Source: an uncultured Acidobacteriota bacterium
Lineage (GTDB): Bacteria > Acidobacteriota > Thermoanaerobaculia > UBA5066 > Gp7-AA6
Assembly (NCBI GenBank): GCA_963764715.1
Contig: CAVXTP010000022.1
Span: 640,001 to 704,000 of the forward strand
Length of the DNA: 64,000 bases
Direction of reading: 5' to 3'
A model generated the notes under the pieces. It had not been told where the DNA came from, made no database searches, and saw only the letters and a list, made by a program, of their open reading frames with translations. Made by a program: the position numbers and the translations under genes. Positions 39,670 through 50,400 of this stretch are shown piece after piece (the first letter of the stretch is position 1; each line of letters starts with the position of its first letter).

Positions 39670-40623
39670 CTAGGTCCAGTCGATCAGGATCTTCCCGACG
39701 TTCCGGTTCGCCTTCATCCTCGCGAACGCCTCCGCGGCGCGCTCGGTCGGGAACCGGGAGTCGATCGAAACCGAGAGCGCTCCCGAATCGAAACCCGGCA
39801 GGATCTCGGCCCGAAACCGGCGGACGAGCTCGGCCTTCTCGGCGCGCGGCCGGGCGCGGAGCGTCGACCCGATGAGGCGCCCGCGCCGCCCCATGAGCGC
39901 GGCGATGTCGAGCATCGCCCGGGCCCCCGACATCGTGGCGAGGAAAACGATGCGGCCGCCGGTCGCGAGCACGCGCAGGTCCTCCGAGAGCGTGTCCGCT
40001 CCCACCGGGTCGAGGATCACGTCGCAGGCCGCCTTTCCCCACGCCGCCTCGACCGCCCCGGCGAACCCCTCCGCGCCGGTCACGATGGCGAGCTCGGCGC
40101 CCGCCGCCTCGAGAGCCTGAACCTTTTCTCGAGATCGCGTCGTCGCGCCGACGCGGGCCCCGAGGAACCTGGCCGTCTGGATCGCGGCGAGGCCCACCCC
40201 CGACGCGCCGGCGTGCACGAGCACGGTCTCACCCTTCGCGAGGCCGCCCTCGATCGCGAGGTTCAGGAACGCGGTCAGGAAGGCTTCGGGGATCGCCGCC
40301 GCGTCGGCGAGCGGGAGGCCGGAAGGCGCCGGGAAGAGCTGGCCGCGCGGAACGGCGGCGAGCTCCGCGTGCGCGCCGCCGGCGACGAGCGCGCAGACCC
40401 TCTCCCCCGTTCCTTCGACTTCTCCCGACAGCTCGAGGCCGAGGATCGTCGGCTCGCCCGGGGGCGGCGGATAGTGGCCCGCGATCTGGTGGAGGTCCGC
40501 GCGGTTGAGGCCCGAAGCGGCGACGCGGACGAGCACTTCGTCGGGCCCGGGGACCGGGGCGTCCGTTTCGACGACCCTCGCCCGATAACCCTCGTCTCCG
40601 AGCTCCGCCTCGATCGCCTTCAT
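39670..40623 (-). CDS. NAD(P)H-quinone oxidoreductase (PIG3/zeta-crystallin family)
   Basis: GLNRAD..Q..G.YPPP, LGLE, AIPEAFLTA, HAGASGVG, GSTLR.R, GKI. Confidence 0.92.
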   Translation of the reverse strand: MKAIEAELGDEGYRARVVETDAPVPGPDEVLVRVAASGLNRADLHQIAGHYPPPPGEPTILGLELSGEVEGTGERVCALVAGGAHAELAAVPRGQLFPAPSGLPLADAAAIPEAFLTAFLNLAIEGGLAKGETVLVHAGASGVGLAAIQTARFLGARVGATTRSREKVQALEAAGAELAIVTGAEGFAGAVEAAWGKAACDVILDPVGADTLSEDLRVLATGGRIVFLATMSGARAMLDIAALMGRRGRLIGSTLRARPRAEKAELVRRFRAEILPGFDSGALSVSIDSRFPTERAAEAFARMKANRNVGKILIDWT

Positions 40624-40832
40624 CGCCGCTCGTCCGCATCCGGCCGGGGAACGAACCCGGAGCACTCGCCGACGGGCTGCGGCGGGTAGCGCTTGAACAC
40701 CGGGCAGTAGATGAACTCCGACCGTTCCGTCCGGATGTAGCGCGGAGGCGCCGCGCAGGAGTGGCAGAGGCTGCCAGGGAACGGCCGCTCTTCGGCGCCC
40801 TCGTCGTCCGGCGGCGGCCCCGGACTCCTCAC
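40620..40832 (-). CDS. Small 4-Cys hypothetical protein (~70 aa)
   Basis: GTG overlaps upstream stop and own stop overlaps downstream ATG; SLCHSC...IYC....RYPPQPVGEC.GF. Confidence 0.6.
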   Translation of the reverse strand: MRSPGPPPDDEGAEERPFPGSLCHSCAAPPRYIRTERSEFIYCPVFKRYPPQPVGECSGFVPRPDADERR

Positions 40833-42910
40833 CACACGCGGACGCGAGCCTCCGGCGCCAGGTACAGCTTCTGCCCGGGCTTCACGTCGAACGCGGCGTA
40901 CCAGGCGTCGTTGTTGCGGGCGATGTCGGCCCGGTACTCCCCGGGCGCGTGGCCGTCCGTCATGAGCTGGTTCCGAAGGGCCTCGGGCCGGTCCTTGGTT
41001 CGCCAGGCCTGCCCGAAACCGATGAAGAAGCGCTGGTCGCCGGTGAACCCGTCGAGGACCGGGGTCGAGGCGTACGCCGCGCGGTAGCCGTCGTAGGCGG
41101 CGGCCACACCCGCGACGTCCGCGATGTTCTCCGAGAGCGTCAGCTTGCCGTTGACGTGAAGGCCCGGCAGGGGCTCGTACGCGTCGTACTGCGCAACGAG
41201 CTTCTCTCCCACCGCCCGGAAGTGCGCCATGTCCTCGGGCGTCCACCAGTTGGCCAGGCGTCCGTCGGCGTCGAACTGCGCGCCCTGGTCGTCGAAGCTG
41301 TGACTGATCTCGTGCCCGATCACCGTCCCGATCGCGCCGTAGTTGCGGACGGGATCGCCGTCCGGGTAGTAGAACGGCGGATTCAGGATCGCGGCCGGGA
41401 AGTTCATGGCGTTCTGGAGCGGCAGGTTCACCGCGTTGACGGTCTGCGGCGTCATCGACCATTCGTGCTTGTCGACGGGCTTTCCGAGCTTTTCGCGGCT
41501 CCACTGGTACTCGAAGAGATCGGCGCGCTCCGCGTTGCCCAGAGCGTCGTCACGCCGGATCTGGAGGCCCGAGTAGTCCCGCCAGTGGTCGGTGTACCCC
41601 ATGCCGACGTAGAGCGTCGCGACCTTCGCCTTCGCCTTCTCGCGCGTCGCCGGCGACATCCACTCGAGCTTGTCGATCCGCCGGCCGAACGCCGCGACGA
41701 TGTTCTTCACCATCGTCTCGGCCTCGACCTTTGCCGACGGCGGGAACCAGCGCGCGACGTAGAGCTGCCCGACGGCGTCGCCGAGCCCGTCGCTCGCGGC
41801 GCTGACGGCGCGTTTCCACCGGTCGCGGGGCTTCCTGGCGCCGGAGAGCGTCGTGCCGTAGAACCCGAACCACTCGTCCGCGAACGCCTTCGGCAGGAGG
41901 GGCGAGGCCCGGTTGATCGCGTGGAACGTGAGGTAGTCCTTCCAGACTTCGAGGGGCTCCTTGCCCGCGAGGGCCGCGAAGCCGGTCGTCGCCACCGGGT
42001 GCCAGACCATCAGCATCGGCTGGCCCGAGAGGCCGGCCGCGGCGAAGTAGGCGGCCCAGTCGAAACCCGGCGCGCGCCGGGAGAACTCCGCGAGCGGCCA
42101 GGGATTGTTCGCCTTGAGGACGTCGATCGAGTCGGTGCGGCTGACGTGCACGTCCGCGATCTTCTTCTCGAGCGCGTAGATGCGCTCGGCCTTCGCGGGC
42201 GCGCCGGCGATGCCGGCGAGCTTCAGCGTCGCCGCGACGTGGTCCCGGTACTTGCCCTGCAGCTCCGCCGACTTCGCATCCGTGTTGCGGTAGTTGTCGC
42301 GGTCGGGCATGCCGAGGCCGCCCTGCAGAAGGTAGCCCGCGTACTTGTCCGGGTGGGCGAAGTCGGGCGCCGCCCACAGCCCGAACGGACGGCTGGTGTA
42401 GAAGTCGGTGTTGTTGAGAGCGTCCACGTCCGCGCGTAGCCCGGTCCCCAGGACGCGGGCCAGTCCGGCCCGGTCCTTGATCCCCGCGATCGCGTCGAGC
42501 TCGGCCTTGAGCGGCTCGAGCCCCTTCTTCTCGATCGCCTCCTCGTCCATCCAGGCGTCGTAGTAGGCGCCGACCATCGCCGCCGGCGAGCCCTCCGGCG
42601 CTTTCGCCTTGCCGGCCGCCTTGATGATGTCGGCGGTCCTCTTCGTGACCTCTTCCTCGACGATCGTGAAGGACGCGTAGACCGCCCGGTCCGGGGGGAT
42701 CTGGGTCGCCTTCATCCATCCCCCGTTGGTGTAGCCGTAGAAGTCGTCCCCCGGGAGGATCGACCGATCCATTCCGGCGACGTCGACGGCGGGGGCCTTC
42801 TTTTCGGGCGTTTCGGCTTTGCCGGCCTTTTCGGGCTTCGCGCACCCCGGCGCCGAAGCGACGGCCGAGGCGACCAGCAGGACGAGGAGCGTTGTCGCGG
42901 ACTTTCGCAA
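40829..42910 (-). CDS. M13 family (neprilysin-like/PepO) metallopeptidase, exported
   Basis: PGDDFY...NG.W, TPQTVNA, FPAAIL.PPF, NYGAIG.VIGHEISHSFDD, ENIAD; TTG start after GAGGGAGG. Confidence 0.95.
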   Translation of the reverse strand: MRKSATTLLVLLVASAVASAPGCAKPEKAGKAETPEKKAPAVDVAGMDRSILPGDDFYGYTNGGWMKATQIPPDRAVYASFTIVEEEVTKRTADIIKAAGKAKAPEGSPAAMVGAYYDAWMDEEAIEKKGLEPLKAELDAIAGIKDRAGLARVLGTGLRADVDALNNTDFYTSRPFGLWAAPDFAHPDKYAGYLLQGGLGMPDRDNYRNTDAKSAELQGKYRDHVAATLKLAGIAGAPAKAERIYALEKKIADVHVSRTDSIDVLKANNPWPLAEFSRRAPGFDWAAYFAAAGLSGQPMLMVWHPVATTGFAALAGKEPLEVWKDYLTFHAINRASPLLPKAFADEWFGFYGTTLSGARKPRDRWKRAVSAASDGLGDAVGQLYVARWFPPSAKVEAETMVKNIVAAFGRRIDKLEWMSPATREKAKAKVATLYVGMGYTDHWRDYSGLQIRRDDALGNAERADLFEYQWSREKLGKPVDKHEWSMTPQTVNAVNLPLQNAMNFPAAILNPPFYYPDGDPVRNYGAIGTVIGHEISHSFDDQGAQFDADGRLANWWTPEDMAHFRAVGEKLVAQYDAYEPLPGLHVNGKLTLSENIADVAGVAAAYDGYRAAYASTPVLDGFTGDQRFFIGFGQAWRTKDRPEALRNQLMTDGHAPGEYRADIARNNDAWYAAFDVKPGQKLYLAPEARVRVW

Positions 42911-42990
42911 GATCCCTCCCTCTTCCGAGTCGGGGCAGAGCCTATATCGGCCGGCGGGATCCGAATCCTTGGATAGTCCTCGGGGGGCCT

Positions 42991-43185
42991 TCAGGGCCGG
43001 GCGCCGAGCACCCGGGACGGCAGGAGAAAGATCGCCCGGACGAGCTGCAGCACGCCTTCGACCGCGAAGCCCAGGAGGCGGAACGGCAGCAGGAGGAGCC
43101 AGACCACCGGGTAGAGCAACAGCGCCATCAGCGCCAGGGGCCAGCACAGGAGAAACAACAGGATCCACAGGAGGAACCTGGCCAT
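42991..43185 (-). CDS. Small hydrophobic membrane protein (64 aa)
   Basis: MARFLLWILLFLLCWPLALMALLLYPVVWLLLLPFRLLG...; preceded by ECF-like promoter. Confidence 0.7.
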   Translation of the reverse strand: MARFLLWILLFLLCWPLALMALLLYPVVWLLLLPFRLLGFAVEGVLQLVRAIFLLPSRVLGARP

Positions 43186-43193
43186 GCATGGAG

Positions 43194-43218
43194 ATACGCA
43201 GGACCGGGCTTCGAGTTC
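43194..43218 (-). promoter_or_regulatory. ECF-type promoter GAAC-N16-CGTAT
   Basis: 8 nt upstream of ATG 43185; matches the 28382-28407 site. Confidence 0.55.
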
Positions 43219-43284
43219 GACCTCGTCGGCACCCTGGATTGCCTCTTCCGGCTCCGTCATAATGGCCGCGCACCCCGAAACTTC

Positions 43285-45660
43285 ATGCGCCCGCGCCCGA
43301 TCCGCCTCCTCGGCCTCGTCCTCGCCGCCGGCCTCGCGTCGTCCGCCGGGCGCGCCGAGCGGCTGGAGCAGAAGGTCGATTCGTGGGTGCTCGAGACCGC
43401 CTCCCGGGGAGAGACCGAGTTCCTCGTCATGCTTCGCCCGCAGGCGGACCTCCGCGGCGCCCGCACGCTCGCGGGAAAGGTGCCGAAGCGCGCGTTTGTG
43501 ACCGACGCCCTGCGCGCGGTCGCCGACGGCACGCAGGCTCCCCTGCTCGCCCTCCTGCGAACCCGGGGCGCGGCGCATCGCTCGTTCTGGGTGGCGAACA
43601 TGATCTGGGTCCGCGGCGGCCGGGCGCTCGTCGAAGAGCTCGCGGCGCGCGACGACGTCTTTCACGTCTTCGCAAATCCCCGCGTGCACCTCGACGGGCC
43701 TGTCGACGCGGACTTTACGGCCGGCCCGGCTTCGCCCCGGACGATCGAGCCGGGCGTCTCCAGGATCCACGCGCCCGACGTGTGGTCCCTGGGCTTCACG
43801 GGCCAGGGCATCGTCGTGGCCGGAGCGGACACCGGGTACCAGTGGGACCATCCCGCGCTCAAGAACCAGTACCGGGGCTGGCTCGGCGGCTCGGCGGACC
43901 ACAACTACAACTGGCACGACGCGATCCACGCGGGCGGCGGCTCCTGCGGAGCGAACGCCCCGGCTCCCTGCGACGACAACCTGCACGGCACGCACACGAT
44001 GGGCTCGATGGTCGGGGACGACGGGGGAACCAACCAGATCGGCGTCGCGCCCGGCGCGAGGTGGATCGGCTGCCGCAACATGGACCAGGGCAACGGAACG
44101 CCCGCGACCTATGCCGAGTGCTTCGAATGGTTCCTCGCGCCGACGAACCTCGCCGGCCAGAACCCGGACCCCTCCCGCGCTCCCGACGTGATCAACAACT
44201 CCTGGAGCTGCACCGCGAGCGAAGGCTGCACCGACCCGACGGCCCTCCTCGCCGTCGTCTCGAGCGCGCGCCTGGCGGGCATCGAAGTGGTCGTCTCGGC
44301 CGGCAACTCCGGACCGTTCTGCAGCACGGTCGACACGCCGGCGGCCATCTACGACGCCGCGTTCTCGGTCGGCGCGACCGACATCAACGACGTCGTGGCC
44401 GGCTTCTCGAGCCGCGGGCCGGTCGCCGTGGACGGCAGCAACCGCCTCAAGCCCGACGTCTCGGCTCCCGGGGTGAGCGTCCGCTCGAGCGTGCCGGGCG
44501 GAGGGTACGCAACCTTCAGCGGAACCAGCATGGCGGCGCCGCACGTCGCCGGTCTGGTGGCGCTGCTCCTGTCGGCCAACCCCGATCTGGTCGGGGATCC
44601 CGACGCTCTCGAGCCCTTCATCACCGCGTCGGCCGTGGCGGCGACGGTCAATCCCGTGCAGACGTGCGGAGGAATCGCGTCGACCACCGTCCCCAACAAC
44701 TCGTTCGGCTGGGGACGCGTGGACGCTCTCGCCGCGGCCTGCCTGGCCACCCCGGCGCCGACCGGGGCCGCGGCCGATCCGGCCGGCAACGGTGTCTGGG
44801 AACCCGGGGAAACCGCGACCTTCGCGCCGTCCTACGCCAACGACTGCGCTGCGGACCTCGTGCTCGGAGGGACCGCCTCGAACCTCGCCGGGCCGGCCGG
44901 CGCCGCATACGGCATCGCGGACGCCTCGGCCTCGTACGGCGTCGTGGCGCAGGGCGTTCTCGCGAGCTGTCTCGACACCGGCGACTGCTACGCGGTGACC
45001 GTGGACGATCCCGCCGTGCGCCCCGCGGCCCACTGGGACGCCACGCTCGACGAGGCGCTTTCGAACGGGCGCCCCGCGAAGTGGACCCTGCACCTGGGGC
45101 GGAGCTTCGCCGACGCGCCTCCCTCGAACCCTTTCTATGCCTTCATCGAGAACATCTTCCACAACGCGGTGACCGGAGGCTGCGGCGGCGGCAACTTCTG
45201 CCCGGCGAGCCCGGTCGCGCGCAAGCAGATGGCGGTTTTCGTCCTGAAGGCGAAGGAGGGCGACACCTTCGTTCCCCCCGCGGCGACCGGAATCTTCACG
45301 GACGTGCCGATCGCCGACCCCTTCGCACCGTGGATCGAAGAGCTGTCCCGGAGGGGCGTCGTGGCCGGCTGCGGCGCGGGCCCGATGTACTGCCCCAACT
45401 CGCCGGTGCTCCGGCAGCAGATGGCGGTCTTCCTCGTGAAGACGCTGCTCGGCTCCTCCTACGTCCCGCCAGCCTGCGCCGGCGTCTTCGCCGACACGCC
45501 GTGCTCGAACCCCTTCGCTCCCTGGGTCGAGGACCTGGTCACGCGCTCGATCGCCGCCGGCTGCGGCGGGGGAAACTTCTGCCCGGGAAGCTCCGCGACG
45601 CGCGGCCAGATGGCGGCCTTCCTCGTCAAGACGTTCGGGCTCCGGCTCTACGGGCCCTAG
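43285..45660 (+). CDS. S8 subtilase (bacillopeptidase F-like) with Cys-containing SLH-like C-terminus
   Basis: DTG, HGTHTMG, SAGNSG, SGTSMAAPHVAG; C-terminal GCGGGNFCP...R.QMAVF repeats; ATG 43285 with signal peptide. Confidence 0.93.
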   Translation: MRPRPIRLLGLVLAAGLASSAGRAERLEQKVDSWVLETASRGETEFLVMLRPQADLRGARTLAGKVPKRAFVTDALRAVADGTQAPLLALLRTRGAAHRSFWVANMIWVRGGRALVEELAARDDVFHVFANPRVHLDGPVDADFTAGPASPRTIEPGVSRIHAPDVWSLGFTGQGIVVAGADTGYQWDHPALKNQYRGWLGGSADHNYNWHDAIHAGGGSCGANAPAPCDDNLHGTHTMGSMVGDDGGTNQIGVAPGARWIGCRNMDQGNGTPATYAECFEWFLAPTNLAGQNPDPSRAPDVINNSWSCTASEGCTDPTALLAVVSSARLAGIEVVVSAGNSGPFCSTVDTPAAIYDAAFSVGATDINDVVAGFSSRGPVAVDGSNRLKPDVSAPGVSVRSSVPGGGYATFSGTSMAAPHVAGLVALLLSANPDLVGDPDALEPFITASAVAATVNPVQTCGGIASTTVPNNSFGWGRVDALAAACLATPAPTGAAADPAGNGVWEPGETATFAPSYANDCAADLVLGGTASNLAGPAGAAYGIADASASYGVVAQGVLASCLDTGDCYAVTVDDPAVRPAAHWDATLDEALSNGRPAKWTLHLGRSFADAPPSNPFYAFIENIFHNAVTGGCGGGNFCPASPVARKQMAVFVLKAKEGDTFVPPAATGIFTDVPIADPFAPWIEELSRRGVVAGCGAGPMYCPNSPVLRQQMAVFLVKTLLGSSYVPPACAGVFADTPCSNPFAPWVEDLVTRSIAAGCGGGNFCPGSSATRGQMAAFLVKTFGLRLYGP

Positions 45661-45726
45661 CCGAGGCCGAGCCTCCGGTGCAGCGCACGGAATCTCTCGT
45701 CGCTTCGGGTTCCTCGCGGGGACGCG

Positions 45727-47310
45727 TCAGTTCGCGACGAGCACGCCGGTCCGGCTCGGCTCCGCCTTCGTCGCCAGCACCGGCCTGTCGACCGATTTCC
45801 GATACGCATGAGCGTCGTGATCGATGGCGCCCGCCGGAAGCCAGTCCCACAGGGACCCCAAATCGTCGCGTATCCGATCGAGATAGAAGCCCGGAAGGTC
45901 GGTCGTCTCGCGATCGAAATAGCGCTGGACGTCCTTGTCGGCGTCGAGCCTCCGACGCACCTCGGCGTACCACTTGAGCCGGCCCGGACCCTCCGACGAC
46001 ACCCCCCGGACGACGTTCATCCATCGAGGGATCGTCATCCGGCCTGCCCGAAACCGCCGTGCGATGGCGCGGCCGGAGAACGAATACCTCGTCAGGTCGA
46101 TGACGCGGTCGTAGAAGTCCCGCCAGGAGTAGTTCTTCGGCTTGATGTTCATCGCGCCGTTGTTGTTCAGAAACGGAAAGGGGAACGAAAGCACGCGATC
46201 CTCGCGCTGGTACTGAAGGTTCAGCGGGGCCGCCCGCCCGAACGCCGACAGAAGCGAATACCCGGGAAAGACGCCTGGCGCAAGATCGACGAAGCGCTTC
46301 GTCAGCTCGAAAGGCTCCCCTCCCGCGTCCGAGTCGAGCCCGAGCACGAAGTTGGCCTGGACGTAGGGGACGTACCGGAGAATCGTGTTCACGTGATCCG
46401 ACACCTGACGCACCTTGTCGATCCCCCGGAGCTGGCCGGTCTTCGACTTCCCGCCGAGCTCGTACCATGACTCGACGCCGGGCAACAGTGCTTTGAATCC
46501 GCTCCGCTCGAGACGTTTCAGATGGGGCTCGGACAGAAGAGACAGACTGCTTTCCGCGACGAAATCCATCCGGCCGGGCGGCACCGCCGCATCGATCGCG
46601 TCGAGGTAGTCGTCGAAGCGGACCCCGAAGTTCGGATCGTGCCAGCCGACGCGTGGATGCGCCAGGGTCTTGACCAGGAATCGCAGGTCGTCGCTCAGCT
46701 CCCCGAAGTCGAGGGGCTGATAGGGAACGACGGAATCGATGCAGAAACTGCAGGTATAGGGACAGCCCAGGCTGCCGATCATCGGCACCAGCTTGAAGAA
46801 CGGGGCCTTCCGGAGCGTCGGCTCGATGAACTTCCAGCGTTCGCGCACGCCGGGAAGCGCCGCGGGCTGCTGCTTGGCCGCCAGGTGCATACCGAGCGGC
46901 CGATGGGGCGCGCAGTCGCGCAGCACCTCGCCGATTACGGCCTTGTCGGTCATGCCGAGGACGTAGTCGAAGTACTTCTGCGCGTCCTCGGGATAGCAGC
47001 GCGCGTGGGGCCCGCCGAGCACGGTGATCGCTCCGCGCGATCGAAACAGGTTGCTCAGAGCGTACGCGAGAAACGCGGCCTCGGTAAACGCACCGATGAA
47101 GACGAGATCGACGTCGTCCGGCAGCTCATCCAGCAGGTTCTCGAGGCCGGTGTAGCAAATGAGCGTGACCTCGTGCCCTTCCGCTTCGCACCACACGCCG
47201 ACCACCTGCGGCATGATGCTGGCGAGATTCGCGTTCATCACGCGCGCGTACAGGGCCCGGGTCGGGCCCTTGGCCACGAGATCGATGATGCCGATGCGGA
47301 GCTTACGCAG
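45727..47310 (-). CDS. B12-binding-domain radical SAM protein
   Basis: VLGGPHA, GCPYTCSFC (CxxxCxxC), FVLGLD; start uncertain (CTG 47310 or TTG 47373). Confidence 0.85.
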   Translation of the reverse strand: MRKLRIGIIDLVAKGPTRALYARVMNANLASIMPQVVGVWCEAEGHEVTLICYTGLENLLDELPDDVDLVFIGAFTEAAFLAYALSNLFRSRGAITVLGGPHARCYPEDAQKYFDYVLGMTDKAVIGEVLRDCAPHRPLGMHLAAKQQPAALPGVRERWKFIEPTLRKAPFFKLVPMIGSLGCPYTCSFCIDSVVPYQPLDFGELSDDLRFLVKTLAHPRVGWHDPNFGVRFDDYLDAIDAAVPPGRMDFVAESSLSLLSEPHLKRLERSGFKALLPGVESWYELGGKSKTGQLRGIDKVRQVSDHVNTILRYVPYVQANFVLGLDSDAGGEPFELTKRFVDLAPGVFPGYSLLSAFGRAAPLNLQYQREDRVLSFPFPFLNNNGAMNIKPKNYSWRDFYDRVIDLTRYSFSGRAIARRFRAGRMTIPRWMNVVRGVSSEGPGRLKWYAEVRRRLDADKDVQRYFDRETTDLPGFYLDRIRDDLGSLWDWLPAGAIDHDAHAYRKSVDRPVLATKAEPSRTGVLVAN

Positions 47311-47424
47311 GGGAATCCCGGGGAACGCTGGGCGGCGGGATCCCGCTCGGGCGAAAGCGGGCGTTGTTCGCAAACGACATGCGGATGGACTAATGTATAA
47401 CGACGGCGCCTGGGCCGGATTCGG

Positions 47425-50400
47425 TCAGGACGATCGCAGCCCCAGCCTCTCCAATAGCCCTTCGAACCTCGGATCCGGGCGAAGCGAATCGAAGCCGGGC
47501 AACCCCGTGTAGTAGAGCGTGGCCTGGCACTCCGCCTCGGCCCGCGCGAGTGCCTCGAAGGCCGCGTCCCTCTCCCCGAGCGCGCCGAGCAGCCAGGCTT
47601 CCGAGACGAAGTGCGGCGTCCCCGGGAGGGCACGCAGCTCCTGGAGAAGTGTCCGGGCTTCGCCCTCTCTTCCAGCGGCCGCCAGCGCCCACCCCAGCAC
47701 CCCGAGGAAAAGGGCCGCCCCGCGATGCGACATCGCGACCAGGTGCTCCGCCGTCGCAATCCCTTCGCCGAACCGTCCCAGGGCGATGTCCGCCATGCTC
47801 GAACACAACAGGGCCGAGGCGTCCTCTCTCTCGAAGGAGAGTGCGTCATCCGCGTAACGCCGGGCCTCCTCCCGCCTGCCGCTGCACAGCAGCGCCCATC
47901 CGGTGAGCATCAGGGGAAAGGAGGCGAGCGGATCGGCCTCCCGGGCGCGTTCCAGCAGCCGGAACCCCTCGTCGGGCTTCTGTCTTATGCAGAGGCTGAT
48001 CCCGAACGAGCCGAGCGCCAGCGCGTGATTGGGCTGGAGGTCGATCGCGCGGCGCCAGGCGCTCTCCATCGCCTCCCAGCGTCGCTCGATCAGAGCCACG
48101 AAGGCCTCGGCATGAAGGCTGTCCGCGGACTCCCCTTCGAGCTCGACGGCGGTCGCCAGGGCCTTTCTCGCGGCCGCGCAGGCCCCGCGCGCCGGGATCG
48201 CGCCGATGTTCGCCCCGCCCGCCGAGCTTTCCGCCAGGCCGGTCCACGAAGGCGCATGCGTCGGATCGAGGCGGATGGCTTCCTCGAAGGCTCGAATCGC
48301 CCCGACGTAGTCCTCCTTCGCGTAGCGGAGATGCCGGCCCTTCAGGTAGCTGCGGTACGCCTCGAGGTTGCGCGCCCGCGGTCGGGCGTGAATCGTCGGC
48401 GCCCCCGGAGCGAGCCGGGCCTTCACGGCCTCGACGATGCCGGCGGCGATCTCGTCCTGAACGGCGAAGATGTCGGCCGCGTCGCGATCGAAACGCTCCG
48501 ACCAGAGCTGGTAGCCGCTCGCGACGTCCGTGAGTTGCGCGGTGACGCGAAGCCTCGCGCCCGACGTTCGCACGCTGCCCTCGAGGACGTGGTTCACGGA
48601 GAGGGCGCGGGCGATCGCGGGGAGATCTGCGCCATCCTGCCGCGCCCGGAACGCCGAGGTCCGGGACGCCACGCGAATCCCGTCGATTCGGACGAGCGCA
48701 TTCATGATCTCCTCGGCCATGCCCTCGCAGAGGTACTCCTGGTCCTTGGCCTCGCTCATGTCGGAGAAGGGCAGGACCGCGATCGCGACCGCCCCAGCGC
48801 GCGCCGCGGCGGAATCCGCTCGAGCGGGTGGACGGACTTCCAGACCGGCCTTGTGGAGTCCGTCCATCCATTGCTCGACGAGCTCCGGCCCGAACCACTT
48901 CCCGAGCTTCTCCCGTCCCGTCTCGGCGTAGTCCGGTCTGAGTCGGAGGAGCTCCTTCAGCGCGTTTGCCGCCGCGTCCCGTTCCCCGAGCTGACCGTAG
49001 GCCGCCGCGAGGACTTCATGCGTGACGAAGAAGTCGGGCAGGTTGAGCTTGAGCGCGATGTCCACGGCGCCCCGGTAGTCCCGCTGCCGGTAGGCGTTGG
49101 CGAAGAGAGCAAACCGATACCAGCCGGGATGGCGCGGATTCAGCTGCACGGCGCGCTCCACCAAGGCGCACCCCTTTTCCCATTCGCCGGCATAGGCCGT
49201 CAGGGTGCCGAGGCCCGCGAGCGCGGGGCTGTTGAGCGGATTGAGCGCGAGCGCCTGATCGGCGGCCGCCCGAAAAGCCGCGTACTCCTTTCGGAAGAAC
49301 AGGGCCCATGCCAACGCGTCGTACGCGACGGCGCTCGAGGGCGCGAGCGAGGCCGCGCGCCGCGCGGCGTCCAGGGCGCGCCCCAGGGGATCCGGCCGGA
49401 CGTTGAACTCGTGAGCGTATTCATGCGCGTAGACCAGCGACAGCATGGCCCACGCATCGGCGTCACGCGGCGCGTCCCGAACCGCCTTCTCCAGCGCGTC
49501 GCGGACCGCCGCATGCTCTTGCGCCGTGCTGCGATATCCGAATCCGAAGCTGCGCAGCACGGCCTCGTACGGACTCAGCTCCTCGGGAGGCTTCCTCCGG
49601 AGCATTTCGCTCATTGTGTGCGGCAGGATCCCGTGCGGATCGCCGACGGTCGCGACGATGCGGGAGACCAGGTCATCCTGGAGCTCGAAGGTCCCGTCCG
49701 AGCGGAAGGTTCGGCTGTAGGTCTCCGCCCAGAGGTGGGCGCCGGACTCGGCATCGATCAACTGCGCGGAGACGCGAAGCATGGAACCGGCCTGGCGCAC
49801 GTTCCCGTCGAGGACGTAGCGCGCGCCCAGTCCCCTGCCCGCCGTCCTCGCGTCCGCAGCTTCGCCCCCGTAGCGCGAGGTCGAGCCCCGGGACAGGACG
49901 CGCAGGTAGGAGAATCGGGAGAGACCCGTCACGATCTCGTCCGTCATTCCCTCGGCGAACGCCGCGAGGCTTTCATCCCCGCCGGTGTGCTTGAAAGGCA
50001 TTACCGCGACCCAGAAACCCTCGTCGGCACGTGCGGCGCCCGAATCGGCGGCGGAACGAAGGTCGGGCGTGGGCGCCGCGGCTCCCGCCTCCGGGGCCAC
50101 CTCCAGCCCCGCCTTGCGCAGGCCGTCGAGCATCTGTTCCACCAGCTCGGAGTCGTACCATTTCTCGAATTCCCGGCGCGCCGCCGCGGCGAAGTCGGGA
50201 CGGAGGGCGAGCAATTCCCGCAGCTCCTTCTGCGCGGCCTCGCGCTGGCCGAGCTGGCCGAGCGCCGCCGCCCGCGCGGCATGGGCGTAGAAGTAGTTGG
50301 GCATGTCGATGCGAACCGCCAGCTCGAGCGCCTCCGCGTACCGACCCTGGCCATAGGCCTTCGTGAACGCGGCGAAGCGGAACAAGCCCGAATGGTTGGG

